Sequence record: OR413575.1
DNA: 64,000 nt
Reading direction: 5' to 3' (one strand)
The notes under the pieces are model-generated. The model was not told the origin of the DNA and did not search any database. It was given only the letters and a program-made list of their open reading frames with translations. The position numbers and the translations under genes were made by a program. Positions 10,386 through 19,782 of this stretch are shown here, in pieces. Position 1 is the stretch's first letter. Each line of letters begins with the position of its first letter.

Positions 10386-11042
10386 ATGCATATGGAAACA
10401 GTAATGTGGACCGGGTGGGCAGATGCCGATTCATACCAGGGAGGGAAACCTCCTGGACAATGGGGACATGCAGCTAACTACCCCACGGATCCATGGCAGA
10501 CCTGTTATAACGATGTACCGCAATTCTGGGCTATAGACTTTCGTGGTATAGCCCAAAGATACCCTGGGTGGAATCTTGATGCGTTATACGTGCAAACATG
10601 GTCGCGTAAGAAAAAACACTCTACGCGCCATACTGTAACTATTGTCGATTATTTCGCCCCAAGCTGGCAGCAAAACCCAAATAGCCAACCTTATAGCGCA
10701 ATGGTCAACGCTCCACCGTTAGCTCCTCCGCAGTATATATGGACGTCTAAAAACGGAGTACGACCTAAACAAACGACGCATTATTTTTATAGGGCTATAC
10801 CTACGGAGAGATATCATACATCCCCGTTGTATATATCTATTAAAGGTGATCCTAATAGTCGACGTGAATACGGTCATGCTTTTGTTCTCGGGTTTCAACT
10901 CTGGCGAGAGAAACCTGGCTTCCCTGGATCGGTGGAAACTGTACTGATACAAAACGGCAAAGCTAAGCCAGGTAATGCTTCTCAGTTAGCAGCAGGAAAC
11001 TGGTTAAGTTCATTCCGTGGTGGAAAAGAGTATCTGCCCTGA
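10386..11042 (+). CDS. Hypothetical protein, probably tail-fibre associated
   Basis: 218-aa Trp/Tyr/Pro-rich ORF with AGGAG RBS, directly after the S74 fibre. Confidence 0.65.
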   Translation: MHMETVMWTGWADADSYQGGKPPGQWGHAANYPTDPWQTCYNDVPQFWAIDFRGIAQRYPGWNLDALYVQTWSRKKKHSTRHTVTIVDYFAPSWQQNPNSQPYSAMVNAPPLAPPQYIWTSKNGVRPKQTTHYFYRAIPTERYHTSPLYISIKGDPNSRREYGHAFVLGFQLWREKPGFPGSVETVLIQNGKAKPGNASQLAAGNWLSSFRGGKEYLP

Positions 11043-11089
11043 CAGCACAGGAGAGGAGCCGGTTGGCTCCTCTCTGATTTGTGCTCTTA
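11043..11089. repeat. Convergent-junction palindromic element, copy A
   Basis: CAGCACAGGAGAGGAGCC-GGTT-GGCTCCTCTCTGATTTGTGCTC fills the whole gap between two stop codons. Near-identical to 14608-14651 and to the reverse complement of 59242-59286. Confidence 0.9.
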
Positions 11090-12076
11090 TGCACGAGCTT
11101 CTGTAGTAATAGAGTTGGAACCTTGAGCTTGGTGTTTGTGGTTACGCAGACTAATATCTCCGGACTTAACATCTTTATCCGCAGTAACAGTACCAGTAAC
11201 GCTAACGTCACCTGTAGATTTACCTTTACCAGTAAAGCTCCAGTTGCCTAGTACGTTGAAGTCACCTGTATGATCCCAGGTAGTGGCTTTCGACTTAATC
11301 GTCTCTGCTTCAATACCTAAGTGTTTACAAGTAATGAAAACATTCTTAGCTTCCATGGCTAAGTTTTCACCTGCCTCTATCAGAATGTTTTCTTCTGCGC
11401 CCATCAATAGATTCTTCTTGTCCAGTACTACATACGTACCTTCCGAGTTACGAAGTCCCCATTGTTTGGCTTCTGTATTCAAGACAAACTCATTACCCTC
11501 AGCATCACCAAGTGTAATCAATCCATTACCACCATCCAGTAATAATGAATATAAAGATTTTTCACCGTTAGCTTTTGACGTGGTTAAGTTGATGATTCGA
11601 CGATGACCAGAGAACTCAACACGATAATGGTTCTCTATTAATTCATCTTCTTCATCTAATCCGCTGTCAGCCATATCGATGCGCCCACTCGCACCAAGGA
11701 TAACAGTTTCACCACGTCTCTTACGTTTACCGGTACCCATCTCTTTCCAGTAGATGGTCTGACTATCCGCATAACGGTATAAACGAACTTGCTCACCGCG
11801 CCGTACGTCTGGGGCAGTTAACCTGAATGAATCGTCAGGTAGCCACAAAGCATCACGCGCGGAGTTGGTATATAAGGTAGCAGTTTGTTCCTGTCCCCTA
11901 GAGTCAACATACTTAGACTCTAAACGTTGGTTCTCAGAAACTAAGTCTCCATCTAACTTAGGAGTTTCTTCTACAGGAGTGTAGAGAATAACCTTGGAGT
12001 CTAACGGTTTGTTCTCTGCCACTAACCCCATGCCTATATACTTATAGCCTTTAGGTACACCTGCTTCTTCAGCCAT
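11087..12076 (-). CDS. Baseplate central spike / cell-puncturing needle (phiKZ gp164-like, gpV/gp5 family)
   Basis: N-terminal OB-fold-like region (APDVRRGEQV), beta-helix repeats, and a C-terminal apex ISLRNHKH (HxH metal-binding motif). Sits next to SbcC as in phiKZ gp164/gp165. Confidence 0.88.
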   Translation of the reverse strand: MAEEAGVPKGYKYIGMGLVAENKPLDSKVILYTPVEETPKLDGDLVSENQRLESKYVDSRGQEQTATLYTNSARDALWLPDDSFRLTAPDVRRGEQVRLYRYADSQTIYWKEMGTGKRKRRGETVILGASGRIDMADSGLDEEDELIENHYRVEFSGHRRIINLTTSKANGEKSLYSLLLDGGNGLITLGDAEGNEFVLNTEAKQWGLRNSEGTYVVLDKKNLLMGAEENILIEAGENLAMEAKNVFITCKHLGIEAETIKSKATTWDHTGDFNVLGNWSFTGKGKSTGDVSVTGTVTADKDVKSGDISLRNHKHQAQGSNSITTEARA

Positions 12077-12147
12077 GGTTTAGTCACTCTCTTTTTTTAG
12101 TCTCCGTTGTAATCAAATGAAGACAAATTTTAATCAAAGGTCATAAA

Positions 12148-14607
12148 ATGCAGAAGATAGTTAGCGCTGAGGTATTCAAGAACAGCCGTATACTACTTGG
12201 TGAAGATTGTCATATCCGTTATAATCCTACCTCACCCTATCAAGTTATCATTGGACAGAATGGAATAGGTAAAACATCCTTCCTGCACAATCTGACATCA
12301 TATCCTTCCCTTGGAGGGAAGGTCTTTCATAAAGATGGGTTTTCGAACGTAGTTTTTGAACGCGATGGCGTTCGTATTGAAACTCGTCAACAACATGATG
12401 GTAAATACTCGTTTGTTGTTGATAACGAGGAGAAAAATACGGGTGGTACTAAAGCAGTTCAGTGCGATATGTTCGCAGATTACTTAGGTATCACCCCGAT
12501 AGTACAGCAGGTATTAGATCCTACGTTTGACTTCTTGGCAATGCGCCCTAACCAACGTCAAGAGTTCCTGGCTAAGTTAACTACAGGTGACTTATCGTTC
12601 GCTCTCCAGTTACATAAGCGTTTAGAGCAGCGAGCGCGTCAGCACGACAACGCAGTGAAGCGTATGGAAGTGAACTTAGTAGAACTGAAAGCTAAAGCGA
12701 TTGCGCCTGATGAGTACGAGAATCATAAGGCATCTTTAGAGAAGCTCCAGCAAGAAATCACTGAATTATACATGGAGATCGATAACAACGCTCAGAATGC
12801 GTCTGGTAGCGATTTAGATAGCATTGCTCGTCGTATCGGCGACTTAGAGAAATCATTAACTACGGAATGGGTTAAGTACTATACTTGGGGTGGCTGTGCA
12901 GGCGGTACTGAATCCGGTGCAATCGATATTCTTCATTCAATACGTAATAATATCACTGCCGAGGAAACTAAGCTCGAAGGTTTGATGCAACAGTTTCAGA
13001 TGTTCAGTGAAGTTAAAGATTCATTGAACAATGGAGATGTAGGTGATATTACCGATCGCCTCACGTCACTGGAACGTGAACTCGAGCAGTTACCTGACGC
13101 CGATACGCTAATGGATATCTGGTACGATACTGAATCAGATTACCGTAGTGCTATCAGGGAGCTCGAGTCATCGCTAGAGCAGATAGCCCCGCTAATCGCT
13201 ACAATCACCGGCGATTGGACAGAAGATCTATTACGCAGCGATCTAGAGGCCTTACGGACGAAGGTATCATTAACCCAGCAACAGATTTACAAGCTGGACG
13301 CTGAAATAGAAGGGATTGATAAGGAACTAGCTCATTCACATACCGGTGAAGTCCGTTGTCCCGATTGTGGTAAACAGTTTAACCCTACTCTGGATGAACG
13401 TCGTAAAGCAACGATGTTAAAACGTAAGGATGAAGTTACATCTGCTCGTCAGCGCGGCCAGAACTTGTTAGACGAGTTAGTAGCTCGTGGTACAGCAGTG
13501 AAAGAGATGCAAGACCAATACCGTAATATCCATGCTAAGTTAGGTGGTTACGCTTTAGGTCCTGTGCTTAATTGCGTTAATAATCAAACATCATTGTTAG
13601 AAGATCCTCAACAGTGGTTTAGATTATTGAATCAGTCTTTGATAACGTTACGGGCACGTGGTCATCAATGCTCTGTGGAAGCAGACATTCAGGTCATTCG
13701 TAAGCAGCAAGAAATGCTTGAATCTCAGAACCTGGGATCCAGTCAGTCACTTACGGAGAAGATGACCCACCTGGAAGATCAGATCTGGCATTGTCAGAGA
13801 CGCTCTGAGAAGCTCCGTATTGAACTCCGTGAACACAACGACCGTATGGAGAAAGTACGTCGTTACGAAGCGTGGGCAGAACGTCAGAACGCTCTATACG
13901 AGCAATTAGGCGATAACTTACTGTCATTGGCTGAGTATGAACTGAACCAGATGCGTAAAGACGCTTTAATTGTGTTACAATCGTCAGCATCTAACCTTTC
14001 TACGCTGATTGCTAACTATGAAAAAGATCATAACCAGATCGAGTATCTTGAAGGTTTAATTGAATCAGAACGTAAGGAAGGCGAAGCAGCTAAGTTGTCA
14101 GCGGAAGAACTCAGTCCTAAGACGGGTGCTATTGCAGAACAGTTGTTTGGGTTCATTAGTGCTTTCTTAGATGATGTTATGGAAATCTGTAACAACATCT
14201 GGACTTATCACGTAGAGATTTACTCAGGTAAGGATTCCGCGAGTAGCTTAACGTATTTGTTCCCGGTTGAGTTCAACTACTCCAGTACTCAGTCCGAAGA
14301 TATTGCGAAGACCTCAGAAGGTCAGTACTCTTTAATCAACTTTGCGATTAAAGTAACTTGCCTGCGTTACTTAGGTTATTCGAATGCTCCTATCTACTTA
14401 GATGAACCGGATGGTGATATCCACCCTGTCCATAAAGTTAAGATGATGAACTTCATCCGTGCTTTAGTAGAAGAAGAAGTATTCTCGCAGGTGTTCATGA
14501 TCAGCCACCATGAATCTGGTTGGGGTGCATTACCTTACCCTGATCTGGTAGACTTTAGTCAGGAACACGCACTGGCTGGAGCAAACGACGTCATTAAGTT
14601 TAAGTGA
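12148..14607 (+). CDS. sbcC: SbcC/Rad50-like SMC ATPase (phiKZ gp165-like)
   Basis: Walker A GQNGIGKT, long coiled coils, zinc hook CPDCG, signature TSEGQ, Walker B IYLDEPD, H-loop ISHH. Confidence 0.93.
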   Translation: MQKIVSAEVFKNSRILLGEDCHIRYNPTSPYQVIIGQNGIGKTSFLHNLTSYPSLGGKVFHKDGFSNVVFERDGVRIETRQQHDGKYSFVVDNEEKNTGGTKAVQCDMFADYLGITPIVQQVLDPTFDFLAMRPNQRQEFLAKLTTGDLSFALQLHKRLEQRARQHDNAVKRMEVNLVELKAKAIAPDEYENHKASLEKLQQEITELYMEIDNNAQNASGSDLDSIARRIGDLEKSLTTEWVKYYTWGGCAGGTESGAIDILHSIRNNITAEETKLEGLMQQFQMFSEVKDSLNNGDVGDITDRLTSLERELEQLPDADTLMDIWYDTESDYRSAIRELESSLEQIAPLIATITGDWTEDLLRSDLEALRTKVSLTQQQIYKLDAEIEGIDKELAHSHTGEVRCPDCGKQFNPTLDERRKATMLKRKDEVTSARQRGQNLLDELVARGTAVKEMQDQYRNIHAKLGGYALGPVLNCVNNQTSLLEDPQQWFRLLNQSLITLRARGHQCSVEADIQVIRKQQEMLESQNLGSSQSLTEKMTHLEDQIWHCQRRSEKLRIELREHNDRMEKVRRYEAWAERQNALYEQLGDNLLSLAEYELNQMRKDALIVLQSSASNLSTLIANYEKDHNQIEYLEGLIESERKEGEAAKLSAEELSPKTGAIAEQLFGFISAFLDDVMEICNNIWTYHVEIYSGKDSASSLTYLFPVEFNYSSTQSEDIAKTSEGQYSLINFAIKVTCLRYLGYSNAPIYLDEPDGDIHPVHKVKMMNFIRALVEEEVFSQVFMISHHESGWGALPYPDLVDFSQEHALAGANDVIKFK

Positions 14608-14654
14608 CAGCACAGGAGAGGAGCCAACCGGCTCCTCTCCGATTTGTGCTCTAA
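14608..14654. repeat. Convergent-junction palindromic element, copy B
   Basis: CAGCACAGGAGAGGAGCC-AACC-GGCTCCTCTCCGATTTGTGCTC between the SbcC stop and the stop of 14651..15247. Confidence 0.9.
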
Positions 14655-15247
14655 CCACTGATAACGGATTGTAATGCAGCGATCTGTTGGCGTAAGTCTT
14701 CGGCTTCTGCCTCTAGTTCGAGGTTACGAGCGTAAGTAGACTTACGATCTTTAATAGCCGCCTGACGATTTGCTTCCAGTACATCTGCATCTTCACGACT
14801 AATCCCTTGAGCCTCACCGATTACATCAATAAAGATCTCTGGTTCATAGCCGAGAGTGTCGCTCAATGTTTCTTTTACTTTCTGAGTAGTGAACCCAAAA
14901 TCATAATCAGTAGCAAAAGGACCGAGTAACGCTGATAATACATAGTTGGCATAGTTAGGAACGGATTGCGTAGGAAAGCTCTGAATATAAGTAGAAGGTA
15001 CAAACAGCATACCTCCTTCCTCATTATACAGAATAACCAAAGTAGCGCCTTCTTTATAGTCGGCTTCATACTTCGATTGTTCCACCTTCATTGGCTCGTA
15101 ATACGTCTTATAAATGTCGACAGAACTTCCCACAAGTTCGAGGAACGTCCGTAAACCAATAACAGTATAAGTACGAGCTGGATCAGCGACCCATGGTGTA
15201 CGCAATACAAACCGTCCCTTCGTATTTAACGGAGGTACAATATTCAT
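14651..15247 (-). CDS. Conserved phiKZ-like hypothetical (probable virion) protein
   Basis: 198-aa ORF with GAGG RBS and a C-terminal coiled coil, in a minus-strand structural operon. Confidence 0.7.
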   Translation of the reverse strand: MNIVPPLNTKGRFVLRTPWVADPARTYTVIGLRTFLELVGSSVDIYKTYYEPMKVEQSKYEADYKEGATLVILYNEEGGMLFVPSTYIQSFPTQSVPNYANYVLSALLGPFATDYDFGFTTQKVKETLSDTLGYEPEIFIDVIGEAQGISREDADVLEANRQAAIKDRKSTYARNLELEAEAEDLRQQIAALQSVISG

Positions 15248-15916
15248 TTAATCCTCTACAGTGACCTTATAAAAGTTAAGGTATCCATCGTATATCCATT
15301 GACCAGGGCTATTAGGCATTCCGAATAAATACCACGATCCGTTACCATTGCCAAGATCTGCATCTTTTATAGCATGGGATGCAAAAGGCGTAGTTGGATC
15401 AATATCATCGTGATAAAGGTCCATAGTCAGACCAACTCCAACCTCCCTCTTAACTATCGCACGAACCCAGTTCTCTTCATACTTAGCAGCAGGAAGTAAT
15501 CTAGCATAACCAGACTTTTCAGTTTGGACAAATGCTTGAACCCAGGCTGTAGGGTATTGGTTAAGAGTTATGCTGATACCAGGCGTTATCCCTCTGTTGT
15601 TATCACCAGTGCCACCTATCGCTATAAGTGAATTGGTGCGAGGTTTGAATTCAGTCTCTATCGTAAAGTTTTTACCCTGTAGCTCAAGATCTGGAGTAAC
15701 TGGCGTTATAGCAAACCTATCACCGATGTTAACCCAGACCGGGCCACGATCGCTACCGACCACACGGGCTTCGGATACAGGCGATTGCCAAATCCAAGTC
15801 CTACCCGTATGGTCAACGATTTGTTTACTACCCTGACCAGCACCTTTCCAGTTTATATCTATCACTACTTCACCTCCTGATTTTTTAGAAGGTAAAAGCA
15901 TTGATTCGATCATCAT
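15248..15916 (-). CDS. Probable virion protein with a concanavalin-A/LamG-like beta-sandwich
   Basis: MIESMLL..GG N-terminus, IVDHTGRTW, and FTIETEFKP pattern typical of LamG-like domains. AAGG RBS. Confidence 0.6.
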   Translation of the reverse strand: MMIESMLLPSKKSGGEVVIDINWKGAGQGSKQIVDHTGRTWIWQSPVSEARVVGSDRGPVWVNIGDRFAITPVTPDLELQGKNFTIETEFKPRTNSLIAIGGTGDNNRGITPGISITLNQYPTAWVQAFVQTEKSGYARLLPAAKYEENWVRAIVKREVGVGLTMDLYHDDIDPTTPFASHAIKDADLGNGNGSWYLFGMPNSPGQWIYDGYLNFYKVTVED

Positions 15917-15922
15917 TCGTCC

Positions 15923-17230
15923 TTACAGACCAAAGTCCTTCTTAATAGGACAAAGGAACTGGATGTTGTCTACAGATGTTGTGAGGTAGTATACCCCATC
16001 ACGTACGGTGCGAGTCATATCTTGCGGGATGATCGTATGTTCTGTAGCTACCTCAGCAGCTTTAAACAGTCCGTTCAACTGCATGATCATAACTTGTGTC
16101 GCAGGCGGAATTCTTCCGAAATCTGGAGACTTAGTGTCTACAGCGGAATATGCAGGCCATTGTTCATCGAACGCTGGTTTAGCAGCATAGTTTTGTGGAT
16201 TCCCGCACGACAGGAACATCACTTCTTGATAATTCGCGGCATGTATGCCGAGATTCTCACGGAGATGATCTTCACTGTACCCCTTACAGTACTTAAGCGC
16301 ATAAGGGAGAACATTCTTCAAGCGCACACTGGAAGAGTAAATGCCGGTTCCCTCTGCTTTATTAGGCAGTGCGACCTTATCCCATTGAGGGATGACATAG
16401 AACTCGGTAGGTACAAAAAGTTCAGGATAGATTACGGACCAAACATCTTCGCCATGTTCGGACAAAGACAGAATAAGGTTACGCAAGTATTCCTTGATCA
16501 TGTCGATGTTCTTACTCTGTGGGCCATAACAGAGGACAGAGAACGGCGAGTCCATTGAGATGTCAGGGTTATCTTTGTCATGCCATTTGAAGTTCATGGT
16601 GACGAGATAAGTCTGAGGATGACCTTGCGCTGCTGCATCAACTCGGGAGTTATGGTTAACGATAGTGATCGCGTTTAACAGAGCAATTGCCTGGTCACGG
16701 TCGCCTGCAAGTTTATCAATGTCATTGTTGACAACTGGCAGAATACCGGTATAATCAGAGTTGGGATAGAAATCTTCCAGCGACTGATGACTGTACCAGA
16801 TGTACAAATCGTTCGCCTCTCCAGCATTAGTCGCACTGAGAGTAATGTACGTCGGGAATAGGTACGAATCTTTGTAGATGATGTCGCCGATCTCTTTGAT
16901 ATCAGCAATGTCACCAAATTCTGCCCGTAGTGCCTGAAGCAAAGTAGGAACATCTGCAGGGATGTTACCAGTAATAGAACGGTTGTACAGCCATTCTGTG
17001 ACATGGAGCATTAAGTCCTGATAGGTAAGCCCCACCGCCACTTCGACACTGTCACGCTCTGAACTCAGTGAAATAAACTGAGAGTTCGGGTAACGGGTGA
17101 GAGAATAACGTTCGACTTCGTTGCTATAGGTGTAGTTTTCCTTCGTCATTTCGCCGATGGGGGAAACTTGCCCTGGCTCGTTTAATCGGAAGTTAGGGAT
17201 TTCACCAAACCCGTATAATGCATAACTCAT
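15923..17230 (-). CDS. Virion structural protein (phiKZ gp157-like)
   Basis: 435-aa ORF with GGAG RBS; syntenic position upstream of RNase H as in phiKZ-like phages. Confidence 0.7.
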   Translation of the reverse strand: MSYALYGFGEIPNFRLNEPGQVSPIGEMTKENYTYSNEVERYSLTRYPNSQFISLSSERDSVEVAVGLTYQDLMLHVTEWLYNRSITGNIPADVPTLLQALRAEFGDIADIKEIGDIIYKDSYLFPTYITLSATNAGEANDLYIWYSHQSLEDFYPNSDYTGILPVVNNDIDKLAGDRDQAIALLNAITIVNHNSRVDAAAQGHPQTYLVTMNFKWHDKDNPDISMDSPFSVLCYGPQSKNIDMIKEYLRNLILSLSEHGEDVWSVIYPELFVPTEFYVIPQWDKVALPNKAEGTGIYSSSVRLKNVLPYALKYCKGYSEDHLRENLGIHAANYQEVMFLSCGNPQNYAAKPAFDEQWPAYSAVDTKSPDFGRIPPATQVMIMQLNGLFKAAEVATEHTIIPQDMTRTVRDGVYYLTTSVDNIQFLCPIKKDFGL

Positions 17231-17278
17231 TGTGCATCTCCGTTATAATGGAAACTTTAATAAAAATAGGAGGCAGAC

Positions 17279-17767
17279 GTGTTTAGCGTCGCATTCAGCC
17301 TCATCATCAATATCTACAAGTTCATTCGTGAAATGTATCGTAGAGATGAAAAACTGGGCGTGAAGAAAAAACATATACCTCGGTACAGGTTTGCTATCTC
17401 GGTGTTAGCTACCTTCTTTGTTTTATACGTTTGTGTTACCGTATTCTTCGGTATCAAGACGTTGAATAAAGAGGTAAACGCAGCAGAAGCACCTGTGGTA
17501 ACTACATCACCCGTAGATGATCATAAGGATCTCAGTCGTGCGATGAGCTACCTAATTCATAAGAAGAACCTCTCTGAGTTCCTCAATGAAGCCGCGTTGT
17601 ATGAACTCGATACTATCTGCAAAGATAATCCAAAAGATTGTGCAGACAGTACGCGCAGGACGATGATGCAATTAAAAGACTTTCTTGATGCAGCTCAAAA
17701 AGAGAAAGCGTTAATGGAAGACGCTTATTTAAAAGAGAAAGCAGCGGAAGAACCCGTTAAAAAATAA
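17279..17767 (+). CDS. Hypothetical membrane protein
   Basis: GTG start with GGAGG RBS; hydrophobic segment FAISVLATFFVLYVCVTVFFGI followed by a helical/coiled domain. Confidence 0.65.
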   Translation: MFSVAFSLIINIYKFIREMYRRDEKLGVKKKHIPRYRFAISVLATFFVLYVCVTVFFGIKTLNKEVNAAEAPVVTTSPVDDHKDLSRAMSYLIHKKNLSEFLNEAALYELDTICKDNPKDCADSTRRTMMQLKDFLDAAQKEKALMEDAYLKEKAAEEPVKK

Positions 17768-17816
17768 CTTACAGGCATCTTCATTTGATAGAGTTTGATT
17801 AAATGAGGATGCCCTA

Positions 17817-19379
17817 ATGTCTAAGGACAAAAAGTTAGAAGGTTCAACTGGGTTAGTGTTGTATACCGATGGTGGTAAAGACACAACGTCCGAAGCAGCA
17901 GGTTGGGGTGTCCATGGATACCTCTACGAACTGCTTGAAGAAAAGAAAGATCGGTTCAAGAAAGATAAAGCCGCCTATGGTCAGTACGGTTATGTCAACG
18001 GGACTAAGACGACAGCGACTTTCAAGCCAGGCGAACGTTTAGTAGAGCCGGGTGGTTTGTACAAGCTCGTAGTGAACGAACCAAAGTCAATGCCGTCTGC
18101 TCCTGTAACACCGGTTAAGTTTTTCGACTTCTACGAACCAGCTCCGGGACAATCTATTAGTCAGGTCGAAATGCGCGCAATGGAAGTTGCGCTCGATCTT
18201 ATCGGTGAAACTGGAGTCGTACAAGCTGTAATTGTTGCAGATTCTGAATACGTTTGTAAATCGTTGACGGAATATATTTTCGGTTGGCTCAAACGCGGAT
18301 GGGTCCGCAGTAACGGTAAAGTAGTAGAACACTCGGATGTGTGGAAACGTATCTGGGAGAAACTTACCAAACTTCGTGAGGCCGGTGTAGTAGTACGTAT
18401 CGGTTGGACTCGTAGCCATGTTGGTGAACCGGGTAACGAAGCAGCTGATGCTTGCGCAACGCGTGGTAAGATTGCAGTGTATAATGCTTTGAGTGGTGAG
18501 CGCCGGGAATGTCTTGCAGCTAATTACGGCCAGAAGAAGAAGTTATCCAACCGTCTTCTCGAGCAACGCTGGTGGTACGGCATCAACAACGAACTCAGTA
18601 ACCAATACGATGAATTCCCAGGTAAACATGTTTACTACTTTGGTAACCATGGGAAAGCCGAAGAGGAAGATGACCTCATCGGTAAGTTTACTTCGACAGC
18701 CAAAATTGCTATCCTGGTTACTCCAGAAGCTGAACCCGTACTGGATATGCTGAATAGCTACCTGTACGATCGTTATTACGATGAAGTGGGTGCAGTGACT
18801 CTGGGTTATCTGGAACATATCACGAACACGGAGCGATACGCTCAGTTGTTACAGGATGAACGTGCCGCGTTATATCCTCGTGGTAATAAATGCGTCTATA
18901 CTCCAGACGGCGTGCCGGTGATGAAGGAACTGCGCCCTACGTTCCATGGTCTTCGTTTATTAGACCAGTTAAGTCACCACCTTAACATTCTGCAACGTTA
19001 TAACGAGCAGGATGAGTCAATCACAGTGACAGACATTACTGACATTGTGTATACACGTACAGACAATGGTAAAAAGATTGTGGTCGATACTGCTGAATGC
19101 ATTAACGCTCCGCATAAAACCGTTCGTTTGGAAGTGGCTTATAAATGCATGAAGAATGAAGGTAAGAAAACTATCCCGTTTAAGATGGGACAAGACCTGC
19201 CTTTACGTAATACTCTGAAAGCAATCTTATCAAGCCATGACGATATTAAGGTTTACGCAATCACATGGCAACGGTCGTCGAATGAATTCCGTTACGGTAC
19301 TGTAGTTAAAGCTGGGGAGGACTTACTGTTAACCTGTTCGTTAGCTTCGAACTTAGTTACCTTAGTAGGTCTAAAATGA
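17817..19379 (+). CDS. rnhA: Ribonuclease HI with C-terminal extension (phiKZ gp155-like)
   Basis: Catalytic motifs LYTDGG, SQVEMRA, VADSEYV and RSHVGEPGNEAADACA. Confidence 0.92.
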   Translation: MSKDKKLEGSTGLVLYTDGGKDTTSEAAGWGVHGYLYELLEEKKDRFKKDKAAYGQYGYVNGTKTTATFKPGERLVEPGGLYKLVVNEPKSMPSAPVTPVKFFDFYEPAPGQSISQVEMRAMEVALDLIGETGVVQAVIVADSEYVCKSLTEYIFGWLKRGWVRSNGKVVEHSDVWKRIWEKLTKLREAGVVVRIGWTRSHVGEPGNEAADACATRGKIAVYNALSGERRECLAANYGQKKKLSNRLLEQRWWYGINNELSNQYDEFPGKHVYYFGNHGKAEEEDDLIGKFTSTAKIAILVTPEAEPVLDMLNSYLYDRYYDEVGAVTLGYLEHITNTERYAQLLQDERAALYPRGNKCVYTPDGVPVMKELRPTFHGLRLLDQLSHHLNILQRYNEQDESITVTDITDIVYTRTDNGKKIVVDTAECINAPHKTVRLEVAYKCMKNEGKKTIPFKMGQDLPLRNTLKAILSSHDDIKVYAITWQRSSNEFRYGTVVKAGEDLLLTCSLASNLVTLVGLK

Positions 19380-19741
19380 TAAACCGCGTCCTGGAATCAA
19401 TCTCTAAGCGCGTGATGAATGATAAAGGGAGACGTGTGCTGTTGATCATGTCTCTCTATGCATTGATTACGAAAGCACAAGGGAAAGAACTTCACCTCGC
19501 GCAACTGAATGAAGAATTGAACTTAGTCGTAGAACATGACGGATGCGACTTCCCTTCGATGAGTTGTATTTACGACGTCATCTGGGGTTGTCGATTTAAG
19601 GAGTTTGCAGCTAAAGCTCCCGCTGAAAAAATCATGCGCTACGTGACAGTTCGGTTGCCGAAGTGGTTGGACTATAGAGGGAGTAAAGAGTATAGCTTCG
19701 ATTCTGATATTGCTACACTCACACGACTTCTGGCAAAATAA
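19376..19741 (+). CDS. Hypothetical protein
   Basis: 121-aa ORF, ATGA-coupled to the RNase H stop. Confidence 0.7.
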   Translation: MINRVLESISKRVMNDKGRRVLLIMSLYALITKAQGKELHLAQLNEELNLVVEHDGCDFPSMSCIYDVIWGCRFKEFAAKAPAEKIMRYVTVRLPKWLDYRGSKEYSFDSDIATLTRLLAK

Positions 19742-19782
19742 TCCAAGGAGAGGAGCAGATGCTCCTCTCCTCTGTGCTGTTA
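19742..19782. repeat. Convergent-junction palindromic element, divergent copy
   Basis: AAGGAGAGGAGCA-GA-TGCTCCTCTCCT followed by CTGTGCTGTTA; fills the gap between two stop codons. Confidence 0.8.

Noticed and set aside
1-11042. Diversity-generating retroelement or invertase-driven fibre switching
   Set aside because: No reverse transcriptase, recombinase or adenine-specific template/variable repeat pair was recognised in the window.
12148-14607. SbcC on the opposite strand among virion genes, and split RNAP subunits, as novelties
   Set aside because: Both are known, conserved features of phiKZ-like genomes.
12112-17789. Shared 12-mer TCTTCATTTGAT at 17778-17789 (+) and 12112-12123 (-)
   Set aside because: Only two copies, in front of genes of different expected timing; a 12-bp AT-rich match is plausible by chance.
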